Source: a virus
IMG/VR virus record: IMGVR_UViG_3300045988_159706
DNA length: 64,000 nucleotides
Direction: 5' to 3' (one strand)
Shown here piece after piece: positions 47,046-57,741 of the stretch. The position numbers and the translations under genes are program-made. How positions within the stretch are numbered: the stretch's first letter is position 1; each line of letters begins with the position of its first letter. The notes beneath the pieces are model-generated. The model did no database searches and was not told the origin of the DNA. It saw only the letters and a program-made list of their open reading frames with translations.

Positions 47046-49286
47046 TTAGCCATAAATAGCACCATTAACTAACACTAACCCAGTATTAATATAAGTTATA
47101 CAATAACACTTATAACTACCTCCAGTTAAATCGTCTAAACCACTCATTTTTACGTAGTTACTTCCAAATGTTACTGTTGTTGCAGTAGGAACTACAATAA
47201 CTGCATCAGGATTACTACTTGTTACATATACAGTACTTACTGAATATGATGAAGAAGAACCATAGAATATACCCGCCTTACCTGGAGTATCTACGCTAGC
47301 TAAAGGCTTTGAAAAAATACTATCTAAATTAATAGTGGATGCCGATGACCCAGTATAGTTTGTAGTTGAACCTCCTGCTGTAATGTTTAATGCATATGGG
47401 TTTGGAAGAGCTATAGGGATTTCTGGAATATCATTAACATCTGCTGGAGTATATTGAAGAGCAGCTACAACAGAACTCTTACTAACAGCGACATAAGCGC
47501 ATCCTTCACCATCTACATGTACAGGTATATTAGCTAAATTTTCATTAAACCCAGTTTTTATACCTCCTAGAGTCTCTGGATCTGCTATAGGTAAAGTATA
47601 AGCTGAACCAGGAGCGTTATTAGTAATAGTTAAAGTTCCATCAACAAATGTTAATCCTATGCCAGTGCCATTTGCAATAGTTAGAGTTGTAGAACTATCA
47701 TTTAAAGTTGTGCTTCCAACTTTAACTGGCCTTCAAGTATTTTCTGTAGAATATCCCTGACTTGTAACCCAACTTTGAGTTGCATATCCACTTAAAGAAG
47801 GAATCTCACTTTTTAATGCAAGATTAGAAAGAGTTTGCCCTGAATTTTTAACAGATTTGGCACCTGCTCCAACTATAATATAATCTGTAGCAAGGTCTCC
47901 ACTAGCCATTACATCTCCACCGCCTGCAGAAGCTATTTTGTCATTTACTTCCTCCTTAGTGTAAACTTCATTAGTAGTATAATAGTTTCCTAAAGTTACA
48001 TTTAAGTCAGCTGTTTTAACATAGCTACTTAGAGTATTGGTAATAACTTTATTTTGAACAGGATTTTCTGATGTTGCACTTAAAGCAGAATCTACAACAA
48101 CTCCTTCTGGAATATTAAAGTTTAAATCAGATTCATCTACTTTATCCTTAGAAGCTAAAGCTCCAAGAGTTGGAAAATCAGTTATCTGATTTACAGTATG
48201 TGTATGAGCAGAAGGAGTAAAAGTTGAAGGCTTATTAGCTATCTTATTCCACTCAGGTTCAAATTGATTTACAAATTCCTTCGTAGCAAGATTAGTTAAT
48301 AAGATTCCAGAATCCTTAACAGTCTTTCCAGCCCCACCTGATGTAATTACTCTGTCAGCTGTTGTAAAAGGGGCCTCTGCGATAACATCTCCTAAATTAG
48401 ATAATTTTTCATCTATCTCAGATTCAGAATAAACTGAAATTCCTTTTACTGCAGCAATTTTATGTTTATTAGAAGCATCAACGTCAATAGAAGTAATAAC
48501 ATTACCAGTCCCAGACATACTAATCTCTACATTAGGAATAGTTGGAATTTTGCCCTCAATTTCAGTAATTAATGTGCCTACTTCTTCCTGACTGTAAGTT
48601 TCAGATTTAGTATATACTTGATCTTTTGTATAATAATTAGAAAGATCTACTTCAGTATTACCAATCTTTTCCCAGTTTCCTTCCACATAAACGTATTCAT
48701 CATGTACATCTGGATTAGTTCCAGCCTTTTTAACAAGATAAATTACATTAGTTTCTCCAGTTGATGGAAGTTCATTCAATACTTCAATTCTAAGATTAGC
48801 TAAATTACTGATCATTGTTTTTAAAACCTTTCCTTGAGTAGCAGATAGGGCTTTATTTGAATCTTCTGTGTCTAAATTATCTACAATTGCAGCCTTAATT
48901 GCATTAGGAATGGCAGTTGTTTCTATCTGACTAATCTTACTACTAAGATTAGTGCTTACAGTTGAAATTTCAGTAGATAGGGTACTATTTACATTAGAAA
49001 TTTCATTTAGGAGCTCTTGATGAGTTTTCTCAGCAGAGGTTTCTGAATCCTTTAATGCCTGATATACTCCTCCAGAAGTAATCAAATTTTTACTTCCTTC
49101 AGTAGGATAACTTTCAATTGATGAGATTATTACTGGTATTTTAGATAATACTTTATTAAACTCCTCTTCTGTTCCTGTATATCCATTTAACTTTGCAGTT
49201 TCATATGCAGAACGCCCTTCTGTAGAGTATAGAGGTTCCCACTGTTGTGTCTCCTCATTAAAATATTTTTTTGAATATGTTGTCAT
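47046..49286 (-). CDS. tail fibre protein, 746 aa when TGA=Trp
   Basis: ATG 49284-49286. The frame continues through TGA 47733 to TAA 47046-47048; the extension was walked codon by codon. Fibre-type motifs: SATQGKVLKTM, DLSNYYTKDQVYTK, SLSGYATQSWVTSQGY. Its C-terminal module is paralogous to that of the next fibre gene. Confidence 0.7.
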
Positions 49287-49305
49287 GTCTATAATATTTT
49301 AAGCA

Positions 49306-51627
49306 TTAAGCATATACTGCACCATTAACAGCAATTTTTCCATTTGCCATATAACTTAAGCAGTAGATATAATAAGTTCCAGATAAATCTGCAAGACCAT
49401 CCATCTTTATAGCATTTGATGCAGTGAATGTAAGTTTAGCAGTACTTATAATAACTGAATCAGGATTAGATGCACTAAATCCCCTTAAACTTGAAATAGT
49501 TCTTGAATCAGTATTATTATAGCTATAACCTGCTGAAACTGTACTACTACTTAATGTAGTTGTGCTAAGAATCTTTGGTGTAGTTATTGAAACTGCAGAT
49601 GAGCCTGTGTATGATGTACCATTAATTGTTAATGCATACGGATTAGGTAATGCAATAGGAATTTCTGGTATATCCATAGTATTAGCGGGAGTATATCCTA
49701 AAGCAGAAGTTACATTAGCTGAGGTTAATGAAATAGTTCCAGAAGATACTGAAATATTACTTCCAATCTTCACTCCACCAAGCACAGAGGCAGTAGCTGT
49801 AGGTAAACTATATGAATATGTACAATTGATGGCAGTTCCACTAATACTTATATTAGTACCAGCAGTATATGTAGTATTTGTATCTATCCAGGGAACATTA
49901 ACATATGCTTTACCATTATCTAATTGTACAGCATAGTTTTTACCACTTGTTGTGTATCCAATTTGAATTCCTCCATAAGTACTAGAGGTTGCTGCAGGAA
50001 TACTTGTTAAATATCCTTGACTAGTTACTCAATTTTGAGTAGCATACCCTGATAAGGATGGGATAGTTGGTTTATTAGTTAAGTCATTATAAGATCCACT
50101 TGTAGCTACAGTAGCGAATGTTGGTTTACCTGTTACTCCAGACCAAGGTACACTAGTTGCACTTCCTGCTGTGAATTCTTTAAATTTAGTAGCAAAAGTA
50201 GATGCAGATTCGGATACGCAGAAGTACATAGGACCTCCTGAACCAATCTGAACAACATCTCCTTCTTGTATAGTTAAACTCATTGCGGCAGATTGAGAAT
50301 CTACTACAAACAGCCTTTCTAATGCAGCTGCAGGAATTTTTTCAATAGGAATTTCTGGCAACCTATTAGCATCAATAGTTCCAGTAAGTTTTTCAGCATT
50401 AATAGTACTTATTGTTGTGTTTATAGTCACATTTTTAGATCCATTAAATGATTCTGTAGTAGAACCAGTGACATCTCCGTTTAAAAATATCTTTCTACCA
50501 TACATTAATGTTTCTGCAGCTGATGTTTTAGAAGCATATGGTACAGTAAAGTCATCAGAGATTTTATTTCCAACAGTTACCTGTATATAATTCTCATTCC
50601 TACTAAGTATAGGTTTTGTTGCAAGATTTGTAGCTGTAGTAGCTGTAGTAGCTGTAGCTGCATTACCAGTTATATCAACTTGAGCAGGATGTACGTGATC
50701 AGAGCGTGAATAAGCATTATCTGTTCCAGGAGATGCTTGCCCTAAAGGTTTTGGATCCGTATTTGATGGCATAATAGCTGCAAAGCTTGATGTTTTTTCT
50801 CCTGTAGGTTTAATTGTTCCAACATATCCAATCGTATTTAAAGTATTAACATCATTTAAACCTGCGAATGAAAAATATACATTAATATCATTAGTAGTGG
50901 CTTCTTTTTCTATTACATTAGCTGTAAATCTGAAAGTTGGATCCGTAGAATCAAATATTGTTAATGGTTTTTTAGAATTAAATGCTTCTAAAGCAGTATT
51001 ATAATCCTCAACTGTTTGGGAATTAAGATCTATAGTAAGAGGCAGTACATCGTTTTTATTTGCAGCATCAATATTTTCACGAGCTAGAGTTTTATTAGAA
51101 TCAGAGAGTGTTTGCGTTCTATCATATCTTATTGTGCCAGTATCTACAAATTGTGAATTTGTGCTATATATAATTCCTGTAGTAATACTTATTCTAATCA
51201 ACTCTAATTGAGAACTAGAATTTATTTTAAAGAAATAATGGTTACTGGAATCACCATTACCTCTTACATATATAAGGCTAGTTTCTTTAACTAATAAAGC
51301 TGTAGCTTCTAAACGTTTAGTTTTTTCAGCAGCATCAGGAGAAGTAGTTGCATTAATGTCTGATTGAGAAATAACATGGACTTTTCACCCCAAATTTTTA
51401 AATACTTGATCTTGTTTTTCAGTAGTTACTTCTTGAGGAAGTAAAGAAAGCGAATTAGCATCACATTGATATTCTTTGCCCCAAGTACAAATAGTTGGTC
51501 CTTCATCAATAAAGGATATATAAGCATCAAATACTTTACGTTCCTCTGTTCCTGCAGTAGTCTTTGCTCTCTCAGCTTCGTACGATGCTTTAGTTTTAAA
51601 ATGTAAAAATTTTGTTTTATATGCCAT
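49306..51627 (-). CDS. tail fibre protein, 773 aa when TGA=Trp
   Basis: ATG 51625-51627 to TAA 49306-49308. Merges 51385..51627, 50029..51201 and 49306..49785 through TGAs at 51385 and 50029; gaps walked. Contains SLSGYATQN[TGA]VTSQGY. Confidence 0.7.
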
Positions 51628-51660
51628 AGCGTCTATATTTTATATAGCACCTATAATATT

Positions 51661-51702
51661 ATAGGTTAAAAATAAAGGGAATAGGGAAATCCCTATTCCC
51701 TT
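51661..51702 (-). terminator. rho-independent terminator
   Basis: Near-perfect 12-13-bp stem AAGGGAATAGGGA / TCCCTATTCCCTT (51675-51702). On the minus strand it is followed by TATTTTTAACC, 12 nt downstream of TAA 51714. Confidence 0.65.
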
Positions 51703-51713
51703 ATTATCTTAAT

Positions 51714-53600
51714 TTATTCGAATTCAACCCATTCCATCTCAGCAGTTAGAGCAACTTTTTTTGATTTGCTATCCTTTACTGCAGAAACGTTTAAAGAACT
51801 TGAAGTAAACGTAACTTCTGGTACTGCATTATCAGCTTTAGTACCTTGGGCAGATGTAGCGGCTCCAATGCTACCTGGAGTGATATTAACAGTTTTTTGA
51901 GCGCTACCGTTGAATGTAAACTTTGTAGTTCCCTCGTTACTTCCACTATTTAATGTAACAATTAAGGAATTCTTTACTTGAGTAGCATTATCCGCAGTTC
52001 CTGCAGTCGCAGGTTTACCAATTAATACTTTTTGAGATTCACCATTACGTGGTGTAACAGTAAATGATCCATCTGTGCCATTTGCAAATACATAAGTAGT
52101 ATTTGTATCAGTTGGGAATGCCCAAGTTCCATCACCTCTTAAAAACGCAGCTTGTTTTCCTGCATCAGGAGCAGGAACAATACCTGCTGCACCTGCTGTA
52201 TTTGATGTTGCGGCTGTCATTTCTGCTACTGATCCAGAAATTGTTACAGTTGTACTACTTTTAGATGCAGATAGTGTTAAAGGAGCAGTGCCAGATGCAT
52301 TTATAGTTCCAACTCCACCTAAACCAGATAAGGTTGGTGCAGCTGGTATAGTACCAGTAATTATATCTGTAATATGGCCAGAACTATCAGCTGTAATACC
52401 TGTAACAACTTTACCACCAGCAGTAACAGGAGAACCAGCGGTTCCTGTAAGAGTTGTTCCATTAACAGGTTTATAGTGATTATTTACAGAAGTTACTTTT
52501 GTGTCAGTAAAGACAGCGTTTGAAGGTACGCTAGTGGCGATAGTATATGTACCATCTTTAATAACTTTACCTGTAGCTCCATCAAATACTGCAATATGAC
52601 CTGCTGTCGCAGAAGCTGGGCCAGTTACTGCGCCATCAATATTAGCCTGAACAACTGTTCAATCTGCATTAACTACTGTAGTACCACTAACAGGACCGTT
52701 ATTAATAGCAATTAGCATATCTCCAACCTCACACTTGATTCCCGCATAAGTTCCAGCAGTAATTACTTTATAGGTCCAACCTACTTTATATCCGTTAGCT
52801 GGAACTTTAGTAACAGTACCGTCTGTGCCTAATGTTCCTTTATAAATCATTGCATCAGCTGCAGCGATCTTATTATCAATAGCTGCAACGACAGCAGCAG
52901 CAGTTGGGATTGCAGTTGAACTACTAGCTAAAGTTGTTTGTACAGAGTAACCATTTTCAATAACTCCTGTCGTATTATTAAACTTAGGAATATATCCAGC
53001 AGTTGTTGTGGCATCTGTTTTAGTAACGTTATTTTTAATACTTGGAGAGACAATTACTGTTTGAGTTTCGCCATTACTTGGAGTTACTTTAAATCCATTT
53101 GATGCTCCCTGAAATGTATACGTTGTATTAGTATCTGTAGCAGGAATACCAAGAGCTGTTATATCTGTTTTAGTTACTGCTGCTGTACTTGTGACATGTC
53201 CAAACTTATCAGTTGCAATTTTATACAACCCTGATGTTTTCGCAGCAGCTCCTGCTGGAACAGCATGAGAGATAGTACGACTTTCTGCCAGATTTCCACC
53301 TCCAGATAACCCACCTGTTCCTGTTATCGTAATTGTTTTATCTACTTTTTTATCTAACGCTGCAGCTACAGAACTTGCTGACGCTATATCATTAAAATCT
53401 ACTTCAACAGTAGTATTATCTGATCTGGTAATTGTTAATTTATTACTTAATAATTGTGCATCTTTAAGCCCAATACCAAATACATCATATCCTGTATCTG
53501 TTTTAACTTTAATAGATTGAGTTGTTGTATCAAACCAAAGATTTCCAGTTTCGATTGTAGTAGGCTCTGTCGCTTTTTTAAAAAACTTAATTGTTGCCAT
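51714..53600 (-). CDS. tail fibre protein, 628 aa when TGA=Trp
   Basis: ATG 53598-53600 to TAA 51714-51716. Merges 52659..53600 and 51714..52220. The 146-codon gap has no stop and no start codon, and there is a single TGA at 52659. Repeated Thr/Gly/Ala-rich units (GHVTSTAAVTKTDIT, SGHITDIITGTIP). Confidence 0.7.
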
Positions 53601-53624
53601 GTTTATTTTTTTTTAAATTTTAAT

Positions 53625-53633
53625 CCCCCCCCC
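53625..53633. repeat. C9 homopolymer (G9 on the coding strand) in the 5' leader of fibre gene 51714..53600
   Basis: Read directly: taatccccccccctcac. A T9 run at 53606-53614 lies between it and the ATG at 53600. Confidence 0.9.
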
Positions 53634-53665
53634 TCACTAAATGTGAGGAAGGGAGAAATTATTAT

Positions 53666-54826
53666 TTATTCAATTTCTGATCAAAATATATCAAGCTTAC
53701 CGTCTGTTCCAACTTGGATAGATGAACTTGTTGATACTAATTTAGACATATCTACAGCTAAACCTCTAGAAGTACCTTCACCAGTTACCTTAATAGTATT
53801 ATCTGGACTAGTAATAGATGTAATGCCACCTGCAACAGCAGTTTTAATACTATCACTAAGAGCTTTCATACCTTCAGCAACTGTTTGATCTGCACCAATT
53901 TCAGCACCGCCAGTAATTGCTACTCCTACTTTTATATTGTTACCAGCAACCCTTGCCCTGTTTACTCTAAGTCCACTTTCAGATTTTGCTAATATATTAT
54001 CAGAAACAGGATCAATTTTAACATCAATAACATTCGCTTCTGAAATCTCAACAGCATCACCAGCTGTAAGAGCTTCTTGCTTACCTCCAACAGATGTTTG
54101 TAAATTCGCAATATCAGCCTTATTCGTTCTAATCTGATTTAAATCTGTATCTGAAATTAGACCTGAGCCTTCAACCTTATCAACTTTATTTGCAAGTTGA
54201 TTAGTAACAGTAGTAATCTGTTCTTCTAAAGCTGTATCAGCTGCTTCAAGTTCTGTTTTTGCTGCAGAAATAGCGCCATCTACTTGTGATTTAGTATAGT
54301 AGCCTGAAAGATCAATTGTACCTCCCAGAGGGTCCCAAGCTGCACCATCCCAGGCATAATTTGTACCTGCAGGAGTAGTACCATGAGCAACAACTACATT
54401 CCAAACATCACCTTTCTTATTTCCTTTAGTAGGAAGTTCTTCGTAAGTATCTTTAGTACCTTTGTAGTCAAGAGCTGCAGCTACAGAAGCTTTTAGTTCA
54501 TCTACAAGAGTTTTTAAAGCTTTACCTTGTGCTGCAGAAAGAGCAGCATCAGTTCTATCACTTTCAAGTGAGTTAATAATCTCTACAACTGTGCCAGTTG
54601 CAAGAGGTTCCCAAACTCGGTTAGAACCATCAGCATCAAAGCCTTTTAATACATAAGTGGTTTTATTTTCCTTTACATATACTAAAAGGCCTTCTACTAA
54701 CTGAATAGTAGGCATTGCATCCCGTTCAGCAATTGTAGCCTGAACTGTTCTATTATCTAATGGTAGATTCGCACCTAAGTCAAAACCAGAACCTACCGAA
54801 ATACCTTTACCAAAAAATTCTGCCAT
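53666..54826 (-). CDS. fibre-like protein, 386 aa when TGA=Trp
   Basis: ATG 54824-54826. The frame continues through TGA 53681 for four more codons to TAA 53666-53668 (...KLDIFWSEIE). Motifs SAAQGKALKTLV and IDLSGYYTKSQVDG are shared with other fibre genes. Confidence 0.65.
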
Positions 54827-54828
54827 AA

Positions 54829-55941
54829 TTAGTTAAAGTTTACATAGTAAGTACTAGGTTGCGACATCTTACCAGATAAATATACTGTATAATCAACCGC
54901 TTGACCATCTAAACCAGTAACCGAAACTGTACTAGTAGTATATGAACTAGTTACATCAAAGTTATTACTGTCTTTAATATTTGAAACCGATCAACCTGCA
55001 GGAGCAGCAAAACAAATATATTGTTCTGAAATTGGTCCAGCTACTTTAATTGTTTTCTTTGCAGAAGTAGTTTTAGTTAATCCTTTAATTACATCTTCTG
55101 TAATTGAAGCTGTAGAAACTAAACCTGAATAAGCAGGAATATATCCTGTTACTGTAACTGCACTTGAATCTACTGATCCTGCAGCTAAAGGAGTACCATA
55201 GTCGTTACCTTTAGAATCTTTAGGTTGAGGACCTTGTGCATGAGCAGCGTGATACTTATATGACATTGAGCCTTTAACTACCTTTGCGGGAAGTTCTTGA
55301 GATGAGCCATATAAAATATACGAATTCTCTGGATCTAAAGCTCCTGCGCGTTTTGCCTGCTCTTTTCCTGCGACTAAAATCTGGCCTTGATTAAATCCAG
55401 TATTAAAATTTGCAGCGGTTGGAGCATTTGCTCCTACTTCCTGAGTATTTGAATAGCCCTTTAAAGAAATAGTTGCAGTTGGAGCTACAAATGTGGGATT
55501 AACTGTTGGGAAGATAAGAGTATCAAAAATTTCATCATAACTCTTACCTGTAAGTTGTGCTACAGTTGTACCTGCGTTAATGCCCCCAAGTTTCTCTACT
55601 GTTGCTACACTAGGATCTAACGAAGATTCATAAGAACCACTTGCTGTAGGATCTAAGCTATCAAGTTTAGCTTTATCTTCTTTAGACATTAAACCATCGA
55701 CTAAAGAACTTGCTTTTACAAAGTCTAAATTCGAAGTGGTTGAATCTGTGTATGTAATCACAATGCCGTTAGCATTCTCATTTAAGGTTACATTAGCTAC
55801 TTTCTTGCTAGAATCACCTCCATACTCGGAGCCATTCAGCATAATTTTATGAGTATCTGTTGTAAAGAAAATGCCATTAGCATGGGTTACAGGATTATAA
55901 GCAGAACTAAGTCCTCTATAAAATTTTACAACACTTGCCAT
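54829..55941 (-). CDS. fibre-like protein, 370 aa when TGA=Trp
   Basis: ATG 55939-55941. The frame continues through TGA 54991 to TAA 54829-54831; extension walked. Contains GLMSKEDKAKLDSL, a motif common in phage fibre proteins. Confidence 0.65.
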
Positions 55942-55951
55942 TGTTTAAAAT

Positions 55952-57736
55952 TTAATTAATAACATCATTTCACACCATAGACGATGTATCTTCAATAAGC
56001 TCTTCTAAATTCTGTTTAATGCCATCTACCTCGGCTTTTGTGTAATAGTTAGATAGATCTACAGTTATAGTGCCACTTCCCCATTTCTCCCACAGATATG
56101 TATCTAACATAGTTTCGGCTTTAACCACTATATATTCCTCATATAAGTCATTAACTCCAGTTTGGGAAGCAGGGACTAACCAAATTATGTTTTGTTTTTC
56201 TTTTGTAGGCTCTCCAAGAGCTTCAAAATTATCAACAATTTTAATTGAAAATCCTGAAGCATTGGTTAAATTAGCAAAAGCTTCGGCAAATTTAGATTGA
56301 TCTAAAGCAGTTCCTCCAGCTTCTTTATATGCATGATATACAGCATTTAAATGGTCGAAATCAGCTTTATTTTTGGTATCAACCCAAATCATTTGTTCAG
56401 CATTCTTGTAGGCTTCTTGAATGTCTGCATCATCTAAATGAGAATTTCTAAAAGTGACAGGATCTTCTGGACCAACATGCACAGCATGTTCTCCAGTAAA
56501 TCCTCTAGGTATATAAAAATCCCAAATAGGATCTTTAATTGTACCTACATTTTCAATTTTAGGATCTTCCCATGGTTGTAGCATTTCTACCTTACCAGCA
56601 GTAAGAGTAGCGGCTGCTTTGCCTTTAGTAATTATAGTTGATGGGATTCAGCGATCATATATGATATTTCCGTTCTCATCTTTAATTGGATTTCCATTTT
56701 CATCTGGTGTTCATGTATAATGCCCAGATGAAAGCGTTACCTTAAGATGAGCATCATCGGTAATATCTACATCATCAATACTGACTCCTCGTAGATAGTC
56801 CATATAACAAAGAACTGTCCATTGACTAGGTAGTTCTCCATCATATCCTCATTTAATTGTATCATCTGTAAAATCTCGATACAATTTTAATTGTTTACCT
56901 TTAGGGCCTTGTTCTCCAGTGTCACCTTTGTCACCTTTGTCACCTTTAATGCCCTGAACTCCTTGTTGACCTCTAGGAATAGTAAATCTGAAAGCAGCTT
57001 CAGAAGCGGTTCCGACATTTACGATAGAAGCTTGAGAACCAGGATCTCCAGTAATAACAGAATCTACTCTGATAGTTGCCGCAGTTCCAGCAGGCCCTCT
57101 ATCACCTCGATCTCCCTTATCACCTTTATTTCCTTTTTCCCCTTGAATTCCTTGAACTCCTCTATCACCTTTATCACCTTTATCACCCTTTTCACCTTTC
57201 TCACCCTGAAATCCACGGATACCTTGGTCTCCTTTATCACCTTTATCACCTTTATTTCCTTGGTCTCCTTTATCACCTTTATCGCCCTTTTCACCTTTCT
57301 CTCCTTTTACATACATGGGAGGAATAGTTTGAGAGGGGGCTTCTTCTAAGACCCAGGTAATAAATCCAGTAGACTCATTGTACTCAGGTACGTACACCTG
57401 GCCATTTTCACCAGTTGCACCCGTAGCACCTGAAAATACAAATTCCCAGAAGGGTGAGTCTACACCAGTTGGTTTAGTAGAATCCTCAGGATCATTATAA
57501 AGTAATTTTGGCTCAGATAGACTACTAGACAAGTGACTCTTATGGCAAGCTAATAAAGTTCCTCTATAAGCTACAAAATCTTGAATATAACCATCATTAT
57601 AATAGTTAATTCCTGGTGCCCATCCTTGAGCAAAGTTAAAAGATTTTCCCTTATAAAAGTCTCTTGAATTAGATACTCCATAATATTCTCTTGAATTCTG
57701 AAGGTCAATATCTGGTTGTATATTAATTTTTTTCAT
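55952..57736 (-). CDS. collagen-like tail fibre protein, 594 aa when TGA=Trp
   Basis: ATG 57734-57736 to TAA 55952-55954. Merges 56849..57736 and 55970..56584 through TGAs at 56849, 56711, 56648 and 55970; gap walked. Has two G-X-Y arrays. Its N-terminal ~100 aa are paralogous to gene 57742..60867. Confidence 0.7.
57086..57304 (-). repeat. collagen-like G-X-Y array (about 24 triplets, GDKGDKGDQGNKGDKGDKGDQG...); a second shorter array lies at 56894-56971
   Basis: Periodic GGT/GAT/AAA-type 9-nt units are visible in the DNA. The translation is uninterrupted G-X-Y. Confidence 0.85.
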
Positions 57737-57741
57737 ATAGT

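Noticed and set aside
47046-49700. Diversity-generating retroelement acting on the duplicated fibre tips
   Set aside because: There is no reverse transcriptase gene in the window. The two modules are diverged at the protein level throughout, not a near-identical template/variable repeat pair with adenine-specific differences.
56891-57349. ORFs in alternative frames or the opposite strand over the collagen repeat (56891..57349 +, 57076..57327 +, 57064..57294 -)
   Set aside because: They are artefacts of the 9-nt periodic repeat, which stays open in several frames. The G-X-Y frame is continuous with the flanking fibre gene.
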